IMG/VR virus record: IMGVR_UViG_3300047533_000002
Coordinates: 1,303 to 65,302 of that record
DNA length: 64,000 nucleotides
Source: a virus
Direction: 5' to 3' (one strand)
The stretch's first letter is position 1; every line of letters starts with the position of its first letter. Shown here piece after piece: positions 35,779 through 44,391 of this stretch. The notes under the pieces are model-generated. The model made no database searches. It was not told the DNA's origin and saw only the letters and a list, made by a program, of their open reading frames with translations. The translations under genes were made by a program, and so were the position numbers.

Positions 35779-38508
35779 ATGAACGCACAGCACACCATCC
35801 AGCTGAGCAGAGCCGCGCGCAGCCCCGTGACTGTGGTGTGGTACACACGTGACAAGGAAGCAATTGCCGGACGCGACTACATTGCTGCGTCCGGCGCTGT
35901 CTTGTTCGAGCCCGGCGAAACCAGTAAGACAATCGACATCCAAATCATCGACCGCAAGGATGCTACTGTCGAACGATCCTTCGAAGTCGTCATCGACAAG
36001 CCGAAGGACGTTGCTCTGGGTTCTTCAGTCGCGGTCTGTCGGATCATTCCGCCAGCAGGGACGCCTGGGAACCCAGATCAGGGCGACTATCAACCGGACC
36101 CCGGCCAGCCAGGCCTGGGTCCGCTGATCAAGAACGGGCTGATCACCAACAGCTTCCACAACGTGCTGGGCCGTGGCGGGTACTTCCACGAGTATTCCGG
36201 CACGTCTGAGGGGCAAGCGGTCGCGATCGAGGGCGCGTTCCTGGCCTATGACGCGCTGGCCAAGACTAATCGAACCGAGGCCAACTGGTATCTGTCCCTT
36301 GCCCTGCAAATGTGTGCAGCGCTGGGCGATGGTGGGCGCCGTGGGCCGATGCTGCGCCAGCCGTTCCCCAGCAGCGTGGAAACCATCACCTTGCTGCACT
36401 GGCTATTCGCTGCGCGCGGGCCGATCCCGCAGCAGCGTACCAATTACGCCTATGAGGCGGACGTGGCCAACGGCAAGCTCCTGATCACCGAGCATGCCGA
36501 CGAGATTTCGCGCGTATGGATGATCTACCCGGCAGCGTCCGAGCTGCTGTACCAGAACCCGTATAGCCCGGCCTTCGACGTTGCCAGCCCTGCCGGCGAA
36601 ACGCAGGTTCCGATCACCTCCTGGAAGCTGGTCGGCGGCAAGGTTGAAGTTCCTGTGCCTGCCGGCGTGACTGGGCGCTGGAAGATCGTCTACAGCTATG
36701 GGCAGGCCGGGACCATCAAGCAAGGCGAGGCGCAAGAAGCCTGGCCGTTCTGGACGCGCCTCGCCGATGGCTACGCGGCGTGCGCACCCGACACGTTCCG
36801 CTGGTTCGACCTGGCCATGGACGAGGCTATCCAGCACGACAGCCGCGCCAGCTACTCGACGAAGTGGAAGGCGCTGCGCGATGCCATGCGCCGCACGGCT
36901 GTGCGTGGCCAGGCCATCAGCGACCTGCGCGAAGTGTTCAAGCCCATGCCTGGCTTCCCGGCGCTGCCGGCCAGCGGTGAGCCTTCGGGCATGTTCTGCT
37001 ACTCGGACCACCGCCTAGCCGGCGCGCCGCCGTCGGACATGAACCCAGGCTGGACCGGATACAACTTCTGGAGCCGGGAGAAGGACGGCAGCCTGCTTGC
37101 CACCGTGCCGGCTGCTGGCGCTGCCAACCAGGTGCAGATAGGCCGTGGCTTCAATGACTCTTGGCGCCAGAAAACTGCCTACCAGGAGGCTGATGCCTGC
37201 CTGTGGGTATCGCTGGCCGTCAGCCAGTGGCGCTCGGGCCAGAAGTGCTACGTCTACCTTTCGAGCACCAAGGCCTACAACGGGGCGACACGCTGGTATG
37301 CCGATCTGACAGCGATGCCTGGCTGGGCAGCAGCGGTCACCGCATTCGCCAGTGGCGGCGTGGCTGATTTCTTCGTGCCGATCGAGCGCTTCGTCCGTAA
37401 AGACCTGGACAATGCCCCGCTGCCGCCCGGCACCCGCCTGGAGAACTTCGGCGTGTCGGTCGAGAACGTGTCGGCCTACCAGCTGCGCCTGCGCCACCTG
37501 CGACTGGTCGGCGAGGCCAGCGAAGACGGCAAGCGCGGGAGCCAGATGCCTTACTTCCCTGGCGCCATGCCTTTCGCGATCAACGCCGACACCATCAACC
37601 AGCAGTTCGTCGGCTGGAATGGTTCGCCATTCCACGGTTACCAGCTTCCCGACTTCTGGCTGGTCCTGGAGAAGGACGCGGACAGCGTGCACCCAGGCCT
37701 GACCGTCGATGACCTGCCTGTGGCCAATGCTTCGGGCGGCCTGGTGCATCCCATTCAGGCAAAGACCACCGCAGGGGTGACAAAGCCGAAGGCGGCCTTG
37801 CTGATGGAGCAGCAGCTGCTGTTCTTGAAGCATGCCCAGGACAAGTGGCAGGCCGATGCCGGCTATGTCGGGCCGTTCGCCCATACCTTCGTGCTCAACA
37901 CCCCGGCGCGCATGAGCCTGGGCAATCCGACGCCGCACACTTGGGTCTACACCAACGACGACCCGAACACCCGCTGGGGCGGATACCAGGCGCGCGTCGT
38001 CGAGAGCCTGACCAAGGGCGCATGGCTTGCCCGCGACAAGCCGGGCTTCGCCGAGTGCGCCAGCCTGTCGATTGACATGGCGCTGGCCTGGCTGAACTGG
38101 ATTGACGGATACTGGAAGGACGGCATGGGGCCGCCGACCGATTTCGAAGACCCGCGCCTGAAGCCGGTGCAGTCGCTGTATGATGAACCGCACATCGCTG
38201 CCCTGGTGCTGCGCGCGTGCGTCTGGCTGAAGCTGGCGCATCCGGCATCTGCTGCCCTGTGCGACCGCCTGATCATCCGGTCATGGCGTTATCTGGAAGG
38301 CTTGTGGGTGACTGACGGCTTCATGGCCAACACCTGGTGCCCGAACCCCGAGACCGCCGAGTGGTTCGGGTTCTGGCACTTCGAGATCATCACATCGATC
38401 TGCGCGCTGCTGAACTACGGCGCCAGGCCAAACGCGGTGCCAGAGGCCCAGCTGCGCGAGCGCCTGCTGCTGACCCGCAAATGGCTTGAAACTACAGGAG
38501 TGAAATAG
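35779..38508 (+). CDS. Calx-beta plus putative GH8-like glycoside hydrolase tail protein
   Basis: DYIAASGAVLFEPGETSKTIDIQI; GTSEGQ motif as in GH8 enzymes; aromatic-rich C-terminus. Confidence 0.65.
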   Translation: MNAQHTIQLSRAARSPVTVVWYTRDKEAIAGRDYIAASGAVLFEPGETSKTIDIQIIDRKDATVERSFEVVIDKPKDVALGSSVAVCRIIPPAGTPGNPDQGDYQPDPGQPGLGPLIKNGLITNSFHNVLGRGGYFHEYSGTSEGQAVAIEGAFLAYDALAKTNRTEANWYLSLALQMCAALGDGGRRGPMLRQPFPSSVETITLLHWLFAARGPIPQQRTNYAYEADVANGKLLITEHADEISRVWMIYPAASELLYQNPYSPAFDVASPAGETQVPITSWKLVGGKVEVPVPAGVTGRWKIVYSYGQAGTIKQGEAQEAWPFWTRLADGYAACAPDTFRWFDLAMDEAIQHDSRASYSTKWKALRDAMRRTAVRGQAISDLREVFKPMPGFPALPASGEPSGMFCYSDHRLAGAPPSDMNPGWTGYNFWSREKDGSLLATVPAAGAANQVQIGRGFNDSWRQKTAYQEADACLWVSLAVSQWRSGQKCYVYLSSTKAYNGATRWYADLTAMPGWAAAVTAFASGGVADFFVPIERFVRKDLDNAPLPPGTRLENFGVSVENVSAYQLRLRHLRLVGEASEDGKRGSQMPYFPGAMPFAINADTINQQFVGWNGSPFHGYQLPDFWLVLEKDADSVHPGLTVDDLPVANASGGLVHPIQAKTTAGVTKPKAALLMEQQLLFLKHAQDKWQADAGYVGPFAHTFVLNTPARMSLGNPTPHTWVYTNDDPNTRWGGYQARVVESLTKGAWLARDKPGFAECASLSIDMALAWLNWIDGYWKDGMGPPTDFEDPRLKPVQSLYDEPHIAALVLRACVWLKLAHPASAALCDRLIIRSWRYLEGLWVTDGFMANTWCPNPETAEWFGFWHFEIITSICALLNYGARPNAVPEAQLRERLLLTRKWLETTGVK

Positions 38509-38862
38509 ATGGGCCTGAAGCTCAAGAACAACGCCAAGAGCACCCTGGCCGCGACGGTCACAGCCGTACAGACCAGCATATCCTTGGCAGCCGGGCATGG
38601 CTCTCGCTTCCCGGCGCTGGAGGCCGGCGACTGGTTCCCGCTTGCCTTGGTCGATACCAGCGGCAACATCGAGTACCTGAAGGCTACGGCCCGCAATGGC
38701 GACTCGGTAACGGTGCTGCGCGCCCAGGAAGGCACCCAGGCGCGCGTGTTCGCGTCTGGCAGCTCGGTGATGCTGCCGCTGACCGTCGATGCCATCGCCG
38801 CCCTGGAGATCGGATCAAGTCCGCTGGCCGTGTCCATCGGAAACTCTGTGGTGGCGCAATGA
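38509..38862 (+). CDS. Tail-associated protein
   Basis: LKNNAKSTLAA...EYLKATARNGDSVTVLRAQEGT pattern typical of phage tail genes. Confidence 0.7.
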   Translation: MGLKLKNNAKSTLAATVTAVQTSISLAAGHGSRFPALEAGDWFPLALVDTSGNIEYLKATARNGDSVTVLRAQEGTQARVFASGSSVMLPLTVDAIAALEIGSSPLAVSIGNSVVAQ

Positions 38863-40589
38863 AACTCAGGATCGCCGGGTTTGCCGGGGAAATTCCGCGC
38901 ACCACGCCGCGCCTGTTGCAAGACAACTACGCGCAGTTTGCGGCCAACACCAAGCTGGACAACGGCGCCATAACACCAATACGGCGCGCGCGTTACGCAA
39001 AAACGCTTACGATCGATGCGGTTACCATTTACCGCCATGGCGACCAGTGGCTTGGCTGGCCAAGGCTTGCCAATATCGCGCCTGGCCCGGTTGCCGGCGA
39101 TCGGCTCTACATTACTGGCGATGGGTTGCCCCAGCTGCGAGTTGGCGGGGTGGATTACCTGCTTAAGGTTCCACGGCCTAGCAAGCAGGTGACCATTAGC
39201 TGGGAGGGAGAGCCGGACCCGGAAATATTCAGTACGGTGACCTATGCATATACGAATGTCACAGCATTTGACGAAGAGTCTGAGCCTTCGCCCTTGAGCG
39301 GCGAGATCATCTGGAGCCCTGGAATGGTAGTGACGCTGGGAGCATTCGATCCTCCCGATGTTGCGCGCCGGGTAAACAGGCAGCGCATCTACAGGTCGCA
39401 GACGAGTTCTCTAGGCGTCACGACCCTGAATTTCATAGCTGAACGACCAGCCTCTACTGACCTGTTCGTAGACAATTCGCTCGAAATCCTAGAGCCGATC
39501 AGCTCTGTTGATTACAACCAGCCCCCTGATGATCTTTCTGGGATTGTGGCAGGCCCGAACGGTATGATGTCGGCGTTCGTGGGCAAGGACTTGTACTTCT
39601 GCGAGCCTTACATACCGCACGCCTGGCCCGAAAAATATGTGCTGACAGTTGACTCAGACATTGTTGGTCTTGGGTGGATCGGAAGTTCGCTTGTCATCAT
39701 GACCAAGGCGTCTCCCTACATCGCAACCGGCACGGCGCCGGAAAACATGACGATGGAAAAGCTGGAGGTAAACCTTCCTTGCATCAACGCCTTGGGCATC
39801 GTGGACCTGGGCTACACGATCGCTTACCCGACCCACTCCGGGCTGGTTACGATCAGCACGAACGGCGCAAACGTCGCAACTGAGGCGCTGATCACGCGCG
39901 ACCAATGGCTGAAAATGAATCCGTATTCGTTCAAGGCTGCGCAGTACGCTGGGCGCTACATGGCATCCTATAACTATACCGACGACGACGGCATCGAGCA
40001 GCGTGGGACTATCATCATCGATCTATCCGGCTCCACGCCATTCATCATCCGCAACTTCGACTATGCCAATACCATGCACTACCACGTCGAGAGTGGCTCG
40101 CTTTATGTCTTATCCGGTAGAGACATCTACGAATGGGATGCGCTGTCGGAGCCATTCGGCGAGCAGACTTGGCGTTCAAAGCTGTTCGTATTGCCCAGCT
40201 ATACCAACTTCGGCGCCATTCTTGTCGAGGGTGAAGACGTATCCTCTGTCAGTCAGCGTGCCAAAATTGCGACAGCAGCAGCGGACATCAGGGCCAGCAA
40301 CGCGGCGCTTATTGCAGCCGGTAAGGCCGGGGGCGACATGGGTGCAACCGCCGTTGGCGTAGTACCGCTTGGAGGGTCGTTGCTGGCCAGTGCCGATCGC
40401 GATGACCCGGCGATCGGTATCACCATCATCGCAGACGGTCGTGAGGTCGGCTACGTCGATAAGATCAATGAGGTTGTCAGGCTTCCAGCGGGGTTTACCG
40501 CGAGGGCCTGGGAGATCATCGTGCGCGGTAACGTCGAGGTGACCGGCATCACCCTTGCCAACACTCCATCGGAGATCGCTGCAGGATGA
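38859..40589 (+). CDS. Tail hub/stabilisation protein (podovirus nozzle-like)
   Basis: FAGEIPR, YAYTNVTAFDEESEPSP, LYFCEPYIPHAWP, WRSKLF. Confidence 0.75.
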   Translation: MKLRIAGFAGEIPRTTPRLLQDNYAQFAANTKLDNGAITPIRRARYAKTLTIDAVTIYRHGDQWLGWPRLANIAPGPVAGDRLYITGDGLPQLRVGGVDYLLKVPRPSKQVTISWEGEPDPEIFSTVTYAYTNVTAFDEESEPSPLSGEIIWSPGMVVTLGAFDPPDVARRVNRQRIYRSQTSSLGVTTLNFIAERPASTDLFVDNSLEILEPISSVDYNQPPDDLSGIVAGPNGMMSAFVGKDLYFCEPYIPHAWPEKYVLTVDSDIVGLGWIGSSLVIMTKASPYIATGTAPENMTMEKLEVNLPCINALGIVDLGYTIAYPTHSGLVTISTNGANVATEALITRDQWLKMNPYSFKAAQYAGRYMASYNYTDDDGIEQRGTIIIDLSGSTPFIIRNFDYANTMHYHVESGSLYVLSGRDIYEWDALSEPFGEQTWRSKLFVLPSYTNFGAILVEGEDVSSVSQRAKIATAAADIRASNAALIAAGKAGGDMGATAVGVVPLGGSLLASADRDDPAIGITIIADGREVGYVDKINEVVRLPAGFTARAWEIIVRGNVEVTGITLANTPSEIAAG

Positions 40590-41191
40590 CTATTGCAGAC
40601 GCGGAGTTCAGGAAACTCAAAGAGATCGTTGAAGTTCTCAATGGCGACCGGGGCGACCAAAAAAGGAGCCAGGCCGCGCTGCGTAGGGCTCAACTTCTTG
40701 AGGTTGAAACGTTCATTGCCACGGTGAAGGAGTCTGCAACAGCGATACGCAAGAGCCTGGAAGCGCTGGTGGAAGAGGTACGGTTGGCGCAGGGTGACAT
40801 CCTGGAACTGACCGCCCGTATCGGGAATGCTGAGCAGAATTTGCAGATCCTTGAGGACGAGCTGGCCGAGCTTCAGCAGGAGGTTTCCGCGCTTGATACC
40901 CGCATTCAGTCCTTGCAGGAGCAAGCCGACGGTATCGAGCAGCAGCTGGCCGAGGCCCAGGGGCAGATTACAGCTGTGACTGGTGATCTGACCACTCTGC
41001 AAACCACTGTTACCGGCGTCCGCGACACCCTTAATGGCATCCGAACCCGCGTCGGGGCGGTCAACATACCCGGTTTGGCTTCCAGCGATATTGGAGCGGC
41101 CCCGACGGCAAGTGATTACAACACCTTGCGCGCGGACGTCGCCAACCTGCGCCAGGCCCTGGTCAATATAAAAACCGCTATCACCACTTAG
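40586..41191 (+). CDS. Coiled-coil tail needle-like protein
   Basis: Long heptad repeat; C-terminal APTASDYNTLRADV. Confidence 0.6.
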   Translation: MTIADAEFRKLKEIVEVLNGDRGDQKRSQAALRRAQLLEVETFIATVKESATAIRKSLEALVEEVRLAQGDILELTARIGNAEQNLQILEDELAELQQEVSALDTRIQSLQEQADGIEQQLAEAQGQITAVTGDLTTLQTTVTGVRDTLNGIRTRVGAVNIPGLASSDIGAAPTASDYNTLRADVANLRQALVNIKTAITT

Positions 41192-41251
41192 CCACTGGCC
41201 GACTGTTGCGATTGTCAATAGAATGTTTGCAAATCGCAAACGGGGCATGTT

Positions 41252-41686
41252 ATGGGGCTCAGGATTAGAACGGACAAGGGCGAGCTGCTGGATTGGGCGG
41301 CAGCTCGCTACGACGACAACGCCATCGATAGCGACACTCACGCCATCGGTATCGAGGTTGACGGCGTAGTCCAGGCCGTCGCCATGTACAATTGTTTCAC
41401 CGACATCAGCTGCAACATTCATGTGGTCAGCGACGGCGGTAAGCGCTGGGCCAGCAGAACATTTCTGCGCGAAGCCTTCGCTTACCCATTTGTCCAAGTT
41501 GGGTTGAAGCGCCTGACTGCCCTGGTTCCCGCCAAAAACACCGATGCCCTGACCCTGGACCTACGACTTGGTTTCCAGGTCGAGGGCCGAATGGCCGAAG
41601 CGACGGACAACGACGACTTGGTCGTGCTCGGTATGCTTCGGCGCAATTGCATATGGATACCGGAGGAATATCGCCATGGGCGGTAA
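41252..41686 (+). CDS. GNAT-fold acetyltransferase-like protein (podovirus tail/ejection region)
   Basis: AFAYPFVQVGLKRLTALVPAKN..LRLGFQVEG. Confidence 0.8.
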   Translation: MGLRIRTDKGELLDWAAARYDDNAIDSDTHAIGIEVDGVVQAVAMYNCFTDISCNIHVVSDGGKRWASRTFLREAFAYPFVQVGLKRLTALVPAKNTDALTLDLRLGFQVEGRMAEATDNDDLVVLGMLRRNCIWIPEEYRHGR

Positions 41687-42815
41687 AAAATCGAAGGCGC
41701 CAGCGCCGGACCCGCAAATCGGCGAAGCCGCGAAGATGCAAGCGGCAATTGCCGCTGAATGGCTGGATTTCTCCAAAGAGCAGTTTGCCATTGGCAACGA
41801 GCGGCAAAAGGGCATCGATGCGCTTACCCAGCGCGTGACCGAACAGCAGCTTGCCACGCAGGACCGCGCCAACCAATGGGCGCAAGAGGACCGCGACCGG
41901 TACAAAACTGTCTTCCAGCCGCTGGAGGACAAGTACGTCCAGGATGCAAACAACTGGGATAGTCAAGATCGTCAGGCGCAGGTGGCCGCAGAGGCGAGCG
42001 CAGACGTTCTCAACAGCGCCTCTCAGCAACGAGCAGCGTCCAAGCGCAGCATGGCAGCCATGGGCGTGAACCCAAACAGTGGGCGGTTTGCCGGCATCGA
42101 TCGCGCCTCGGAGCTTCAAACCGGACTTGCTGCCGCTGGCGCGCGAAACACCGCCCGCAACCAGGTCAGGCAGCAGGGTATGGCCATGCGTGCGGATGCA
42201 CTCAACATTGGCAAGGGGCTGCCAGCCCAAGCAGCGGCTGGCGCCGGCCTGGGCCTGACCGCAGGCAGCTCAGCGCTTAACGGAAACCTGGCCGCCAATG
42301 CCAGCTGGGGCCAGAACAACTCCATCATGGGGCAAGGCTTCCAAGGCGCTGCCGCAGGTTATGGCCAGCAAGCGAACATCCTGAATCAGCAGTATCAGGG
42401 GCAGCTCAGTGCCTGGAGTACGCAGCAGCAGGCGAATGCGGCGGGCACAGCGGGGCTATGGGGCGGCCTCGGCACCGCAGCAGGCCTTGGCATGATGGCC
42501 TTCTCGTCCAAGGAGCTGAAGGAAGACAAAACGCCAGTCGAGGGCGCGCTCGATGCCGTGAACTCAATGCCGGTCGAAGAGTGGACCTACAAGCAAGGTG
42601 TGGCCGATGAAGGTCGCCATATCGGCCCGTATGCCGAAGACTTCCAAGCCGCTACCGGCAAGGGTGACGGCAAGACCATCAACCTGATGGACGCCGTGGG
42701 CGTCAACATGAAGGCCACCCAGGAACTCAGCCAGAAGGTTGACCAGGTGGCCGATGCTGTCTCGCAGCTAGCGGGCGCTGGCATCAGAAAACCAGCTCGG
42801 AGGGCTAAGGCATGA
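41676..42815 (+). CDS. Ejection/pilot protein with C-terminal S74-like domain
   Basis: MGGKKSKAPAPDP; Ala/Gly/Gln-rich; FSSKELKED..WTYK..HIGPYAEDF. Confidence 0.75.
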   Translation: MGGKKSKAPAPDPQIGEAAKMQAAIAAEWLDFSKEQFAIGNERQKGIDALTQRVTEQQLATQDRANQWAQEDRDRYKTVFQPLEDKYVQDANNWDSQDRQAQVAAEASADVLNSASQQRAASKRSMAAMGVNPNSGRFAGIDRASELQTGLAAAGARNTARNQVRQQGMAMRADALNIGKGLPAQAAAGAGLGLTAGSSALNGNLAANASWGQNNSIMGQGFQGAAAGYGQQANILNQQYQGQLSAWSTQQQANAAGTAGLWGGLGTAAGLGMMAFSSKELKEDKTPVEGALDAVNSMPVEEWTYKQGVADEGRHIGPYAEDFQAATGKGDGKTINLMDAVGVNMKATQELSQKVDQVADAVSQLAGAGIRKPARRAKA

Positions 42816-43087
42816 GTTTCGGGGAAGCGTTTGGCGCATTTGCATCCGGCGCTATGGGCGGTGCTGCGCTCGGCAAGAGCTTCAAGGGTATGAAGCCTCT
42901 AGCTGCCACCAAGATTGTGGGCGGTAGCGACGGCGGTAAGCCCGTTGGCTTTGGTATCGGTGAAGACCTGGTGTCCGGCACGCTTGGTTCCAGCTCAACC
43001 GCCGCAGGCGATACGAAGTCGTCTAGCCCGTGGAGCTTCTTGAGCGGGATTCTTGGCAACCTGTCCGGCGACGGCGGCAATCAATAA
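42812..43087 (+). CDS. Small Gly/Ser-rich putative ejection protein
   Basis: ATGA overlap; N-terminus resembles the next gene. Confidence 0.55.
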   Translation: MSFGEAFGAFASGAMGGAALGKSFKGMKPLAATKIVGGSDGGKPVGFGIGEDLVSGTLGSSSTAAGDTKSSSPWSFLSGILGNLSGDGGNQ

Positions 43088-43101
43088 TCATAGGAGCCAG
43101 C

Positions 43102-44382
43102 ATGGCAAATTTCGGCATTGGCCTTGGCGCCTTCATGAATGGCCTGAGTGGTGGCATGCAGGCCTACAACCAGATTCAGGAGTCGAAAGACCGCAAGCGC
43201 CTGCGTGATATCCAGTTCAAGCAACTGGAGCAGGATGCGACGGATAAGCAGGAGCTGCGCGATACGATGCGTAGCAGCGCGGACGCAGCACGGTCAGCAC
43301 GTCAAGCCGATATCAGCGGCCTGATCAACGTCGGCTCACAGCCGTCGCCGGATGGCTCCACCACCGTGCCGACGTACAGCGTGGGCGATAAATCCTACAA
43401 AACCCAGGAAGAAGCGACCGCCGCAGCTGAAAAGCAGACCGGTTCATTCATGGATTACTACATGAAGACCAGCGTTCCCAGGATGCAGGAATACTGGGCA
43501 TCAAATGGGCAGCTCGACAAGGCGCAGGCGTTGGGCAAATGGATGGAGGACGAAAACGTCAAGAAGGGCGCCAAGGCTTGGGCCGGAGCAGTCCGTGCAT
43601 TCCAGACCGGCGACCGCGAAGGGTTCAAGACCAACCTGATGGCGGCCTACAACCAGCAAGGCTACTTCGACGACGGCATGACTGCCACGAAGATCGAGGA
43701 CGTAAAGAACGACAAGGGCCAGCTGACCGGCTACGCCATCACGTTCCGCGATGGCAACGGCAAGGAAACCACCCAGAACTATGATGGCGACGACGTGGCG
43801 CGCTTGGGGCTCAACGCCTTGTCGCCTACCGAAGTGTTGTCCTACGGCATGGATCAGCTCAAGCAGGCTAATGCAGCCCGAGCCGACTTGGCCAAAGAAG
43901 GACGCGCATTCCAGCGCGATGTTACCAAGCTGGGTATCCAGCAGCAGAATACCCTGGAAAGCCAGGCCAACCAGTCACAGCTTCGCCGGGCCGAGGAAGC
44001 CGAGAAGCGGCGCAATGGCGGCGACAGTACGAAGGTGAAGGACGCCAACGCAATCGCTGGGGCGCTCAAGGCGCGAGGCTACGACGAGAAGTACATCAAC
44101 TCAATCTACCCGCAACTTTTGGGGGTGGAGCGCGGCTCCAAGTCGGTCACCGATCGCCTGGACGGATACGTCGCTGCGCTGGCGAAGAGCGATCTGGACT
44201 TCGCTGCCTTGCCGCCTGCCCAGCAGGTCGCAAAAGCTCAGGAGATGATGGCCGAAGTGGACAAAGCGCGCGGCGGCGAAACTGCAACGCCAGGAAGTGC
44301 GCCAGCCGACTCTACTCCGGTACAATCCGGCAAAGGCGTCCCGTTCTGGGACAGCAAGACACAAACCCTGATCTATCGTTGA
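43102..44382 (+). CDS. Ejection (internal virion) protein
   Basis: AGGAG RBS, ATG 43102; helical, charged. Confidence 0.75.
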   Translation: MANFGIGLGAFMNGLSGGMQAYNQIQESKDRKRLRDIQFKQLEQDATDKQELRDTMRSSADAARSARQADISGLINVGSQPSPDGSTTVPTYSVGDKSYKTQEEATAAAEKQTGSFMDYYMKTSVPRMQEYWASNGQLDKAQALGKWMEDENVKKGAKAWAGAVRAFQTGDREGFKTNLMAAYNQQGYFDDGMTATKIEDVKNDKGQLTGYAITFRDGNGKETTQNYDGDDVARLGLNALSPTEVLSYGMDQLKQANAARADLAKEGRAFQRDVTKLGIQQQNTLESQANQSQLRRAEEAEKRRNGGDSTKVKDANAIAGALKARGYDEKYINSIYPQLLGVERGSKSVTDRLDGYVAALAKSDLDFAALPPAQQVAKAQEMMAEVDKARGGETATPGSAPADSTPVQSGKGVPFWDSKTQTLIYR

Positions 44383-44391
44383 GGACCGCCC

